Origin: Candidatus Omnitrophota bacterium
GTDB taxonomy: Bacteria > Omnitrophota > Gorgyraeia > Ghiorseimicrobiales > Ghiorseimicrobiaceae
Assembly: GCA_030681595.1 (NCBI GenBank)
Contig: JAUXSB010000037.1
Location: 64,319-128,318, forward strand
Reading direction: 5' to 3'
DNA length: 64,000 nucleotides
Below the pieces are notes generated by a model. That model searched no databases. It was given only the letters and a program-made list of their open reading frames with translations, and was not told where the DNA came from. Shown one piece after another: positions 27,869 to 37,541 of the stretch (its first letter is position 1; every line of letters starts with the position of its first letter). Position numbers and translations under genes: made by a program.

Positions 27869-29053
27869 TTAATATTTTTGCAACAAATTTTCGATTTTAG
27901 ATATTGAATCTTCCCAGCGATAGTTATTTTCGATAAACCTCCTGGCATTTAGCGAAATCTCATTTCTTAATTGTCCGTCGTTAATTAAATCAATAATTCT
28001 TTCTGCGAATGCGCGAGGTTCATCGACAACTACAATCTCGCGGTCTTTTAAGGCGCCTATGCCGCTATAGCCGATGCTTGTGGTTACAACAGGTAGTCCC
28101 ATTGACATTGCTTCCAATATTTTATTTTGCGCGCCGGAACCGATCCTCAATGGGCATACAAACAACAGTGACTGATTTAAAAACGGCCTTGTATCTTTAA
28201 CATCACAGAATAATTCTACCGCATTATCTTCCCGGGCTATTTTTTTTAATTCTGCCGGGCAATTTGCTCCGATAATAGAAAATTTTATTTGCGGGACCCT
28301 TTCTTTTATCAACGGAAAGATTTCCCGATAAAAATAACGCACAGCGTCTAAATTATAGAATGCGCTTAAGTATCCTAAAAAAGCAACCCGCGGGATTTTA
28401 TGGTTATCTATAGGGCTTGGCTTGAAGTATTCGTAGTCAACGCCGTTGGGAACAATGTGTATATTTGATGGCCCAGATGTTCCTCCCAAAATTTCTTTTT
28501 TATCATTTTCTGAAATTAAAATAACCTCGTTAAACTTTTTTATGATTTTCCGCTCGTATCTTTTAATCCTGAAGTATTCCAGTAAATATACCGGCCATAA
28601 GATTCCTCTATTAAACTTTATCGTTCGTTTCATATGCAGCGATACCGCATCACATAAATCTAATATTCGGCTGACCCCTTGTATTTTTTCTGCAAACTGC
28701 GCCATACGGAATAAATGGATGTAGATACCATCAAACTTTTCGCTGGCGATTATCTTTTTTACTTTGTCCCGCATTTTTTTTGAATTATAGTAGGAAACCT
28801 GCAGCGGGCGGATTGAAAAAATATTCAGCAAGCAGTTTAAGTATGACTGCCAGCATGATAGCTTTACCACTTCTACCTTGTCACAATATTTTTTTAATTC
28901 TTCTACATAAGGAAGCTGTTTATCTGACTCTATAAACGACAGGAGAGTTACAGAATGCTTTTTACTAAGGCGCGATAAGAAATTAAACGACCTTAATTTA
29001 TCGCCTCTATTCATCGGATAAGGCAGCCGCGAGGTTAAAAATAATATTTTCAT
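27869..29053 (-). CDS. GT4 glycosyltransferase, PEP-CTERM/EpsH1-system-associated type.
   Basis: N-terminus 'MKILFLTSRLPYPMNRGDKLRSFNFL'. GT-B C-terminal 'EAMSMGLPVVTT'. Confidence 0.8.
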   Translation of the reverse strand: MKILFLTSRLPYPMNRGDKLRSFNFLSRLSKKHSVTLLSFIESDKQLPYVEELKKYCDKVEVVKLSCWQSYLNCLLNIFSIRPLQVSYYNSKKMRDKVKKIIASEKFDGIYIHLFRMAQFAEKIQGVSRILDLCDAVSLHMKRTIKFNRGILWPVYLLEYFRIKRYERKIIKKFNEVILISENDKKEILGGTSGPSNIHIVPNGVDYEYFKPSPIDNHKIPRVAFLGYLSAFYNLDAVRYFYREIFPLIKERVPQIKFSIIGANCPAELKKIAREDNAVELFCDVKDTRPFLNQSLLFVCPLRIGSGAQNKILEAMSMGLPVVTTSIGYSGIGALKDREIVVVDEPRAFAERIIDLINDGQLRNEISLNARRFIENNYRWEDSISKIENLLQKY

Positions 29054-32000
29054 TTTTTGTCTTCCGTCTCGGTTAAGATACTAAGCGCAAAGGGCGTCTT
29101 ATACAAAAACTCGTTTGGCCTTTGATAATATAGCTTTTCATAAATCATTCCGTCTTCTATTGGGTCAGCGCTTTTTCTTTGATGTTTAATTGTCTCGTTA
29201 AGCCTGCTTTTTGTTTCTTCAATGAAGCGCCTATCCCCTGTTAAATAATAAGAATAGGCAAGCGCATCAAAGAAAGCGGCATATTTTTCATTTTGAATTA
29301 GATAGTCAGTTCCTTTTACGATGCAATCAGCGATTGCCTTATTTTTTGTAAGTTTATGGTATTCTATCAATGCCGGAAGCGTATATCCTAACATATATGC
29401 GGCATGAGGCCTGCCTTCCCATTTCTTTAGGACTGGGTTATAGTTTTCGGTCCAGGCGCCGCTAGAGCTCTGCCCTTGATAGAAAAAATCCGCCCATTTA
29501 TCAGCTTTTTGTTTATATTTTTCCTTGCCTGTTAGTTCATATAAAAGCACGTCTCCCCATAAGACATTGGCAATGGAGCGTTGGGGAGCAATATCCGGAT
29601 GGCCTGTGTATGTAATAGGGTCTTTTAAGAAAAAGCTGCCGATCTCATTTACCACATCAAAGGCGCGCATATCGCCTGTCATGTAATAATAAAGCAAAAT
29701 GCCCAATGCGTTGGTATGCGCTGCTTCTTCGTTTCTGCCGCCCCAGTGGTCGCCGTTATGCCTATGCATCGAGCCGACTTGGCTGAATTCGTCCGAGATT
29801 TTACCTTTTAGCCTTTTATCTTCCGCAACGGTATTATAATGGCAGGTATCTATATCCATAATATGCCGGGCTAAATTTTCGCCAAAACTAAAGTATTTGG
29901 ATTTTCCTGTGCGTAAATATTGGATTAATGCGCCTGTGTGCGTACCGGCTGCCTCACAGTTAAACCATCCGTGCCTTCCTTCTGGATGCCATCCCCAATC
30001 GCCATATGATTTATCGTATGCCTCTTTTCTATACCAGCTTAATGTGTCTCCGAAATCTATCATTCCATACCAGCGGAATGCGTCTATTTGGCGTTGTGCC
30101 CAGTCGAATATTTTCTCAAGCATGTTTTCTACAGCGGCAAAGCGCTGCGGATCGTAAGGTTGTAATGCGCCGATGACCCTTGTGTCTGAAATCCAGCCGC
30201 TGGATGCCGTAAGCAACGGCGGCTTCCCAAAAAGTTCAGCAAGATCTTCAACTTGAGCTGTTTTATAAGCGCCATTATGAAAATAAAGTAGTAGCTCGTG
30301 TGTTTTAGCTAAGCCGAAAGCGCTGCCTCGCGCCGCAGCTTCCGGCCCTTCTGCTTTTTCTGTTGTGCGTAGGTTAAGCTCGCCCGCCTCTTGCGGCCAG
30401 AGATAGACGGCTAACAATCCTTTTTCGTCAACCTGAATTTTTTTTGGGTATTGTTGCCATAAATTTTTCACAATTACCGCTATGCCATTTTTGTCATTAG
30501 ATAAATCCAGCCAGCCGGACAGTTTTTCCCCTTGGCCGATAATCTTGTTTTCAGCATCTATCCGATAATGGTTGTAGTTATCCTGTAAAAGTTTTATTTG
30601 GCTTTCGGCCTTGCCGCTAAAAATTTTGTGGTTATCTGTGCCGAAAGTAAACATTTTGTTGTTTTCAGCTTCATACGGTATTTCGACGAAAATACTTTCA
30701 ATAGTTTCATTCTTCGGCAGGGATATTCCTTTATAAGCATAGTGGAATTTATTTTCGGGATAGCCCGTATAAATAAACGTGTGTTCAACTTTTACAATGC
30801 TTTGGTTAGCATATGCCTCTATCCTTACTACATATTTACAGAATTTTTGTTTTTTGTCATTCTCAAACCATCCTTCGGCTCTTATAATGCTGGATAATGG
30901 CCCTTTTTTTTCCACGCTAACCCGGCAGTCTTTATTATTTGAACTGCGGTAAATATCTCCCCTAAATTTAAGCGCAAGGTCCTGATTTTTGCTGATAAGC
31001 TCATCGTTGTCAAACTCGCCATTATTATCCGTATCCAGCCATACTGCGTCAAAAAGGCGGAAAGCTTTTTTATTAATGATGAATTTAAGCGGCCCTGTTA
31101 TTACGCAAATTTCATCATCGCTATCGTCAATTTTTAAATTATCCAGATTTTCGTTTGGAGAATTATTTTTAAAGAAATCAGCATAAGCCAAGAAATAATT
31201 CTGTATACCTTTTGCAGCGATGTCAGCCTTAAAGCTTAATAGCAGCCATTTAATGCTAGAGTCGTCCCACCGGCTTAAGACTTGAGCTTGATGGGGTATC
31301 TGGCGCCCTGTATTATCGATAAGCCTTAAATTCTCTATGGATTTTAGTTCTGACTTCGGAAAAGGAATGCCTCCTGATACAACCAAACCTTTAAAACTTG
31401 CGGAGGCCTCAATAGTTATATCTATCGGTATTTCTATGTAATTTTTTCCAGTATCCGAGTCAACCTTTAACCATTTATTTTTGAGATGCGCAAAATCAAA
31501 GTAGTCACCAGTTACATATGGGTGAGCATCCATAGCAAGATTGATAATTGATTCTAATTCTTTTTTGGCAAGAGGCTCCAAGCGCACATTATCAAGATAA
31601 AATATATTATTTTTTGCAGGTTCCCAGAGAAATATATTTAATTGGCCGATGTTTGATATGTCTAAACTGCGCCTTAATTCAGAGGTTTCAATCTCGATTT
31701 TTGAGCTCGACAGCGCATTTAGGGAAATATTTTTCTTAAAGCGTTTCCCGTTTTTGTCTTTGATTTGCAGGATTATTTTTGTTTTACGCTCTTGCGGGTT
31801 AAAAATATCCAAACTCAGGCTGTTGTAGGGCGTCCAGTTTGAAGCGAGGCGGTTATTTTGAAAATATTTTTCTACTTTTATTGCGGATGTTTTTCCCGGA
31901 AGGAAATCAATTTTTGCAGAGAAGCTATCGCTTGATGGATGCCGGTCTGATTGTATTAACGTTGCGTTTATTGTTTGCCATTTGTCAAAGTCGCCTTTAT

Positions 32001-32190
32001 CCTCAAAATCAGAAATAATAAGTTTCCCTTTGGCCTTTATCCGGTTATCGAACTTTCTTTCCTCTGTTCTCTCCCTTGCTTTTATTAAAGCATTTTTTAC
32101 CTTTTGCATAAAGGGTGTTTTAATGCAGGCAAAACCTACCGCTGCCATAAAGATCATTCCCGCCAAAAATATTAAGATATTTTTTTTCAT
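29050..32190 (-). CDS. Large (1046 aa) exported protein of unknown function; possibly a polysaccharide lyase/hydrolase (alpha/alpha-toroid, heparinase II/III-like?).
   Basis: N-terminal signal/anchor 'ILIFLAGMIFMAAVGFACI'. W/Y/H-rich C-terminal half ('WHPEGRHGWFNCEAAGTHTG'). No confident family assignment from sequence alone. Confidence 0.35.
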   Translation of the reverse strand: MKKNILIFLAGMIFMAAVGFACIKTPFMQKVKNALIKARERTEERKFDNRIKAKGKLIISDFEDKGDFDKWQTINATLIQSDRHPSSDSFSAKIDFLPGKTSAIKVEKYFQNNRLASNWTPYNSLSLDIFNPQERKTKIILQIKDKNGKRFKKNISLNALSSSKIEIETSELRRSLDISNIGQLNIFLWEPAKNNIFYLDNVRLEPLAKKELESIINLAMDAHPYVTGDYFDFAHLKNKWLKVDSDTGKNYIEIPIDITIEASASFKGLVVSGGIPFPKSELKSIENLRLIDNTGRQIPHQAQVLSRWDDSSIKWLLLSFKADIAAKGIQNYFLAYADFFKNNSPNENLDNLKIDDSDDEICVITGPLKFIINKKAFRLFDAVWLDTDNNGEFDNDELISKNQDLALKFRGDIYRSSNNKDCRVSVEKKGPLSSIIRAEGWFENDKKQKFCKYVVRIEAYANQSIVKVEHTFIYTGYPENKFHYAYKGISLPKNETIESIFVEIPYEAENNKMFTFGTDNHKIFSGKAESQIKLLQDNYNHYRIDAENKIIGQGEKLSGWLDLSNDKNGIAVIVKNLWQQYPKKIQVDEKGLLAVYLWPQEAGELNLRTTEKAEGPEAAARGSAFGLAKTHELLLYFHNGAYKTAQVEDLAELFGKPPLLTASSGWISDTRVIGALQPYDPQRFAAVENMLEKIFDWAQRQIDAFRWYGMIDFGDTLSWYRKEAYDKSYGDWGWHPEGRHGWFNCEAAGTHTGALIQYLRTGKSKYFSFGENLARHIMDIDTCHYNTVAEDKRLKGKISDEFSQVGSMHRHNGDHWGGRNEEAAHTNALGILLYYYMTGDMRAFDVVNEIGSFFLKDPITYTGHPDIAPQRSIANVLWGDVLLYELTGKEKYKQKADKWADFFYQGQSSSGAWTENYNPVLKKWEGRPHAAYMLGYTLPALIEYHKLTKNKAIADCIVKGTDYLIQNEKYAAFFDALAYSYYLTGDRRFIEETKSRLNETIKHQRKSADPIEDGMIYEKLYYQRPNEFLYKTPFALSILTETEDKK

Positions 32191-35100
32191 TTATTGAATA
32201 ATTCCGTATAAAGGCCTTCAGATGCTTTGAGCATCTGGCTGTTGCTGAAAGATTCTCTTATCCGCTTTCTGCCTGCATCGGCAAAAGAATTAGCTAATGC
32301 TCTATCTTCAATAAGTATTTTGATTTTTTCTGCTAATAGAGCGTCATCCTCAGGAGGGACAATATATCCGGTGACGCCATCTGTTATCACTTCTCTGTTC
32401 CCTCCGACATCCGTGGCGACTACAGGTATGCCGCAAGCCATGGCCTCAAGTGCGGCTATCGGCATCCCTTCTCTTAGCGAGGGCAATGCCAGAATATCAA
32501 CTATTGGCAATATCGTATCTACGTCTTTTCTTAATCCCATAAATAATACTTTTCCATTTAGCCCGAGGCTGGCGCTGTATTCTTTTAACTCCGCTTCCAA
32601 TTCTCCGCTGCCGATTATTAAACCTTTTACGTTAAGTCCGCAAGCAGTAAGTTTTTTTAGCGCGCGAAGAAAATATCTGTGCCCCTTTTGCGGGACCAGG
32701 CGGCCTATAATCGCAATAACCTTCTCATCATTGCTTATCCCGAGGCTTTCTCGTTTTTGCCCGCTATTAATATCCCTATTAAATCTGCCTATGTCTATGC
32801 CGTTATAGATAACCCTAATTTTGTTTTTAGCGATATGTGCTTTTTGGGCGTAAAATTCTCCTACTTTATTTGATACTACGATTATCTTGTCTGTGATAAA
32901 AGATAGCAGTTTATCAAGAAATAGATGTAAGCTTGTCTTCCAGACGTCAATATTGTGTTCAGTCGCAATAATAACTTTGACCCCGGATAGTTTTGCGGCA
33001 ATTCTGCCCCAGAAGTTAGCTCCCCAGAGGTGAGTATGGACTATGTCTATTTTGTATTGCTTGATTATATTGATTAAGCTTTTGATAACCGAGATATCGA
33101 ACTTATGTTTTTTAGCTAGCGGGATAACTTCTATTCCTTCTTTTTCTAATTCTTCGGCAAACACACCTTTATCATTCAGGCAGCAGACTATGGGGTTGAA
33201 TTTTTGCTTATCTAAATTTTTAGCTAAATTAATCACTACTTGTTCTGCCCCGCCTAAGCCGAGCGACCAGATGACATAGAGGATATTTATTCGGTTCTTA
33301 GTGCTTAGTGCTTGGTTCGCTTGTGGTGAGCGAAGCCGAACCATGGTTCTTAGTTGTGCTAATTTATGTAAAAGGTCATATGCGCCGGCAAGTTTCTTCC
33401 TAAAATCAAATATACTGTCAAAGCCGCTTATTTCCGTGCGTTTTAGTTCCATCAAATCTTGTCTTCCGGGAAAATTTGTTCCCGGTTTTATGCTGCAGGC
33501 GGCTTTAAAACCCGCCTCTCGGACTATGTCCTTGATTGTTTGGTTAAAGTCGCCTTTAGGATAGCAGAAAAAATTACATTTTAGGCTTTTGGCTTCTATG
33601 TTTTCCTTAGAGCCGATAATCTCGCCTTTAGCGCTATCCAAAGGGATTTTTGTTAATTCCGGATGGCTAACCGTATGCGCGCCAAAGGTAATGCTGCTTT
33701 GAGACATTTCTTTTATTTGTTCCCAGCTCAGAAAGCCCCTTTTATCTATTGAATTAACAGTCAAAAATATCGTTGCCGAAAAACCATACTCTTTTAAAAT
33801 CGGATAAGCATTTGTATAATTATCTTCAAACCCGTCATCAAAAGTTATCACTATTTTTGGCTTATCGGGTTTTGGGCATTGGTGACCAGCAGAAGGCAGT
33901 TGATTATAGGCATCAGCCAAGGCCATAACTTCATAACCGTTTTTGTGCAAGAATTCCATCTGTTTTCTAAATTCATTAGTTTTTACGCACAGGCGGTTGC
34001 TGGGATAATCGGCATTTACGCGGTGATACATTAGTATCCTTATGCCGTTATTCTCTGTTAGCTTGCTTAATATATAGCAAGGCAGGCTCAGTAGGTTGCG
34101 TATAGCCATGTTAGGCATCTTAACATATCTGCGTTGATTAATAGTGTTCAGCATAATTTTTTCATTTGTTTCAAGCCATCTATTTTTATCAAATAGATTC
34201 TTTATGCGCAGCCTATTTAATTGAGCCATCCCCTGGAGTTTATTTTTATCGCGTATCAAGCTAATGATGGCATCGGCTAATTTCTTTATGTCTTTTCGCG
34301 GCACTAAAACGCCGTTTGCTTCATCGGTAATGATTTCAGCCGCTCCTCCCACATTTGTTGCAATTACAGGTTTACCCATAGCCATTGCCTCGCGTAGAGA
34401 TTGGGAGAATGATTCTCTTATCGAGGGCAATACGAAAAGATCAACTAATCCTAAATATCTTTCAACATCCCGCTGTTCGCCTAAAAATTTAATATCATTA
34501 TTTAATCCTAATCGTTCTGACTGGTTCATTAACGTTTCTTTGAGCGGGCCATCCCCCACTATCATTAATTTGGCCTGAGGTGCCAATAGCTTTACTTGTT
34601 TCATCGCTTCAATTAAATATTTTTGCCCTTTTTCAGCAGAAAGCCTAGCCAGTGTTCCAATTATAAAATTGTCAGGATGAAGGCCTATTTTTTCGAGCAA
34701 AACGTTATCTTTAGGCTGCGGCTTAAACCTTTCTAAGTCGATCCCGCTATGGACGACAACGGTTTTGTGCCTATTTAATCCTGAACAAATAAGCCTTCTT
34801 TGTTCATATTCGGATTCAAAAATTATTAAGTCACTTGTGATGGTTAATATTACTCCAGATACAAATGCATAGAGCGATAATCCGACATTATGTATGGTAG
34901 TAATAATTGGTTTCTTATTTTTTCTGTTGGCTAAAAATGCCGCAATAGATGTGCGTATAGATTGAGGCGCGATAATATCAATTTTCTCATCATGAATAAT
35001 TTTGGATATATTTTTTACAGTATTTAATAGCGAAAGAAACGAGCGAAAATGACAATCAACGTTATGATATTTAGCGCCTAAATTAACTATATCTTTTTCT

Positions 35101-35231
35101 AATATGCCGCCGCCACGGCAGGCCACGACTATCTTATGGCCTTTTTTGGTAAATTCAGAGGCAAACGCCACTATATCTTTTTGTGCGCCGCCAATATTAA
35201 GGTCGGCAGTTATTAAATACAGTATATTCAT
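32187..35231 (-). CDS. Tri-domain fusion: GT4 glycosyltransferase + NodB-type polysaccharide deacetylase (CE4, PEP-CTERM-locus subfamily) + second GT4.
   Basis: GT4-1 'LREAMAMGKPVIATNVGG'. CE4 'ITFDDGFEDNYTNAYPILKEYGFSATIFL'. GT4-2 'EGMPIAALEAMACGIPVVATDVGG'. Confidence 0.85.
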   Translation of the reverse strand: MNILYLITADLNIGGAQKDIVAFASEFTKKGHKIVVACRGGGILEKDIVNLGAKYHNVDCHFRSFLSLLNTVKNISKIIHDEKIDIIAPQSIRTSIAAFLANRKNKKPIITTIHNVGLSLYAFVSGVILTITSDLIIFESEYEQRRLICSGLNRHKTVVVHSGIDLERFKPQPKDNVLLEKIGLHPDNFIIGTLARLSAEKGQKYLIEAMKQVKLLAPQAKLMIVGDGPLKETLMNQSERLGLNNDIKFLGEQRDVERYLGLVDLFVLPSIRESFSQSLREAMAMGKPVIATNVGGAAEIITDEANGVLVPRKDIKKLADAIISLIRDKNKLQGMAQLNRLRIKNLFDKNRWLETNEKIMLNTINQRRYVKMPNMAIRNLLSLPCYILSKLTENNGIRILMYHRVNADYPSNRLCVKTNEFRKQMEFLHKNGYEVMALADAYNQLPSAGHQCPKPDKPKIVITFDDGFEDNYTNAYPILKEYGFSATIFLTVNSIDKRGFLSWEQIKEMSQSSITFGAHTVSHPELTKIPLDSAKGEIIGSKENIEAKSLKCNFFCYPKGDFNQTIKDIVREAGFKAACSIKPGTNFPGRQDLMELKRTEISGFDSIFDFRKKLAGAYDLLHKLAQLRTMVRLRSPQANQALSTKNRINILYVIWSLGLGGAEQVVINLAKNLDKQKFNPIVCCLNDKGVFAEELEKEGIEVIPLAKKHKFDISVIKSLINIIKQYKIDIVHTHLWGANFWGRIAAKLSGVKVIIATEHNIDVWKTSLHLFLDKLLSFITDKIIVVSNKVGEFYAQKAHIAKNKIRVIYNGIDIGRFNRDINSGQKRESLGISNDEKVIAIIGRLVPQKGHRYFLRALKKLTACGLNVKGLIIGSGELEAELKEYSASLGLNGKVLFMGLRKDVDTILPIVDILALPSLREGMPIAALEAMACGIPVVATDVGGNREVITDGVTGYIVPPEDDALLAEKIKILIEDRALANSFADAGRKRIRESFSNSQMLKASEGLYTELFNK

Positions 35232-35246
35232 TTATAAATTTTCCCC

Positions 35247-36407
35247 TTAGATGCATGGTAGATGCGACCATAATTTGTTATTTAACTTACAGCACTTGGC
35301 ACAGGCAGGCAGTAATTTATATCTTTTTAAACGCATTCTGAAATTGGAGTATTTTTTGCCATTCCAGATTGATTTAAGCGAATTTACCCTTATGTTACCC
35401 ATCGGAATATCAATTGAGCAGGGATAGATGTTTCCGAAGGGGTCAAGCCGTGTTTCAAACCAGGGATAGAAACACCTCTGGCAATAAGCAAAATTCGGGT
35501 CAAAAAACCTCTTTTCTATTTCATCTCCTTTTAACGGCGGCCTAAAGTTTAAGGAGACGTTGTATTTTTTGGCCTTCTCTTCTGTTTTTCTAATAGATTC
35601 TTTAAGTATATTAATATCTATCTGTTTGATCTCATCATTAATATTTTGATTTTCAGGTTTAAGAGTTCCCATTTTGAGTATTTCTGATGTTTGGCTGAGG
35701 TTGCTTTCTGAGGTATAGAATAAATAGAGGAAGTTTATCATATTTATTTTTAAATCGTGCGCTACATCCACAATTTCATCTAAATTGTCTTGGTTGAGTG
35801 CGGAAATCGTAAAATTAAAGTTTACTTTAGGATTAGCTCTGCCGTTTTTAAATCTCTGTATGGTTTCAACTGTATTGTAAATTTTTGAAAATGAATCTCC
35901 TCTTCCGCGTATTCGGTTGTGGGTGTCTTTTGTCCCATCCAATGAGAAGCTAATTATTTCGTTGCCAATATTAACAAGGTCTTTGGCGGTATCGTTGTTA
36001 ATTAAGGTGCCGTTACTTATGATGCTGCAATAGATGCCCTTGTTTTTGATGTAGTCTAAAATCTCGAGCATGTCCTGCCTTAAAAAAGGCTCTCCGCCGG
36101 TAATCATTATCGCTCTTGTTTTTAGCGACTTCAGTTCATCAATAAAAGTTTTTATTTCGGCTGTATCCAGCTCCTTATTTATATCTGCGTCCGGAGCCTT
36201 TGTTTCTGTTTTCTCTTTTTTCCAGTTTGCTAAAGGGCACATTTGGCAGTATAAATTACACCTGTATGTAATTTCAAATACTACCCTAAGCGGCGTAAAT
36301 GCGTAGCCGTTTAAAAAATTATACGGAATAAGGTAGTATGGTATAAGTAAAGCATCCGTGCTTATACCCAATTTATTTGCCAGTTTTTTAATCAGAGTAA
36401 CGTCCAT
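35247..36407 (-). CDS. Radical SAM / SPASM-domain protein.
   Basis: 'YRCNLYCQMCP' (CxxxCxxC) and a C-terminal Cys-rich SPASM-like region 'CQRCFYPW...CSIDIPMG...CAKCCK'. Confidence 0.75.
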   Translation of the reverse strand: MDVTLIKKLANKLGISTDALLIPYYLIPYNFLNGYAFTPLRVVFEITYRCNLYCQMCPLANWKKEKTETKAPDADINKELDTAEIKTFIDELKSLKTRAIMITGGEPFLRQDMLEILDYIKNKGIYCSIISNGTLINNDTAKDLVNIGNEIISFSLDGTKDTHNRIRGRGDSFSKIYNTVETIQRFKNGRANPKVNFNFTISALNQDNLDEIVDVAHDLKINMINFLYLFYTSESNLSQTSEILKMGTLKPENQNINDEIKQIDINILKESIRKTEEKAKKYNVSLNFRPPLKGDEIEKRFFDPNFAYCQRCFYPWFETRLDPFGNIYPCSIDIPMGNIRVNSLKSIWNGKKYSNFRMRLKRYKLLPACAKCCKLNNKLWSHLPCI

Positions 36408-37539
36408 CGTATTTTTCTTTTAATAAATTGATGTATTCGCTTTCCATCTGGTAAATCATCCTGGATAAATTAAATTTTTCCTTAATTGTTTTTTGTGCAT
36501 TCTGCTTGATTTTATCTGCTATCTCTGGTTGTCTCAGTAAGAATATTATTTTTTCCTTCATAGACTGAATATCGCCCGCAGGCGTCAACAAACCAGTCGT
36601 ATTATTTATAATTATTTCTTTATTCCCGTCTACATCGGTGGCAATAACTGGTATGCCAGCTGCCATTGATTCCAGTATAGTGTTAGACATTCCTTCGGAA
36701 TAAGAGGCATTGACCGATATATCCATTATTTTTAAAAGTTCCGGGACATCCGGCCTTTTGCCTAAAAATAGAATATTTTCTCCTAAGCTTAGGTTATTGG
36801 TCAAGGTTTTTAGATTGTTTTTTAACGGGCCGTCGCCGATAATTAAGAACCTAACGTTCGGTATTTCCTCCAATATTAGTTTCGCCGCCTCCAAGAAATA
36901 CTTATGCCCCTTAACCCAGCTTAAATTTGCAATTATACCGACAATTCTATCTTCTGGATTTATTCCTAATTCTTTCTTTTTCCGGGCAATATCTACGGCG
37001 ATATCATAACAAGACACATCAATACCGTTGTAAATTGTAACTATTTTATCTAAGCTTACGCCTTCAAGTTTGCGCACGGTGTCGCGTACGGAATTACTTA
37101 CCGTAAAGACCTTGTCGGCAAGCCGATGAGCGAATTTATAGGCTTGGCGGTGCCGCCATTTTCCTTCGCGGTGTATCCCTGTGTCGCGCCTGCCGGATAT
37201 AATAACCGGAGCGCCGGCAAGTTTTGCCGCGAGATTACCAGCGATGTTTGCGCTAAATAAATATGTATGCACAATATCAAATTTTTCTTTTTTGATGTAT
37301 TGAGCTAAAGCAAGGGTATCCCTTATTCCGCTATAGCCGTAAATTCTCTTAATCCCAAAAACTTTCGGTATTATGCCTATCTTGTTAAGCTCTTCTTCTA
37401 ATTCTCCTATACGCACCAGACAGCATAAATGCGGCTCAAAAACATCCCTGTTAATCAGGCGTAAAACTTCTAGCAAGTGTTTTTGTGTCCCTGCCCTGTC
37501 CATCTTGTCTATAATATAGAGAATTTTTATTTTACTCAT
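36388..37539 (-). CDS. GT4 glycosyltransferase.
   Basis: 'EGMSNTILESMAAGIPVIATDVDGNKE' is the EX7E-type GT-B motif. Confidence 0.85.
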   Translation of the reverse strand: MSKIKILYIIDKMDRAGTQKHLLEVLRLINRDVFEPHLCCLVRIGELEEELNKIGIIPKVFGIKRIYGYSGIRDTLALAQYIKKEKFDIVHTYLFSANIAGNLAAKLAGAPVIISGRRDTGIHREGKWRHRQAYKFAHRLADKVFTVSNSVRDTVRKLEGVSLDKIVTIYNGIDVSCYDIAVDIARKKKELGINPEDRIVGIIANLSWVKGHKYFLEAAKLILEEIPNVRFLIIGDGPLKNNLKTLTNNLSLGENILFLGKRPDVPELLKIMDISVNASYSEGMSNTILESMAAGIPVIATDVDGNKEIIINNTTGLLTPAGDIQSMKEKIIFLLRQPEIADKIKQNAQKTIKEKFNLSRMIYQMESEYINLLKEKYDGRYSD

Positions 37540-37541
37540 AA

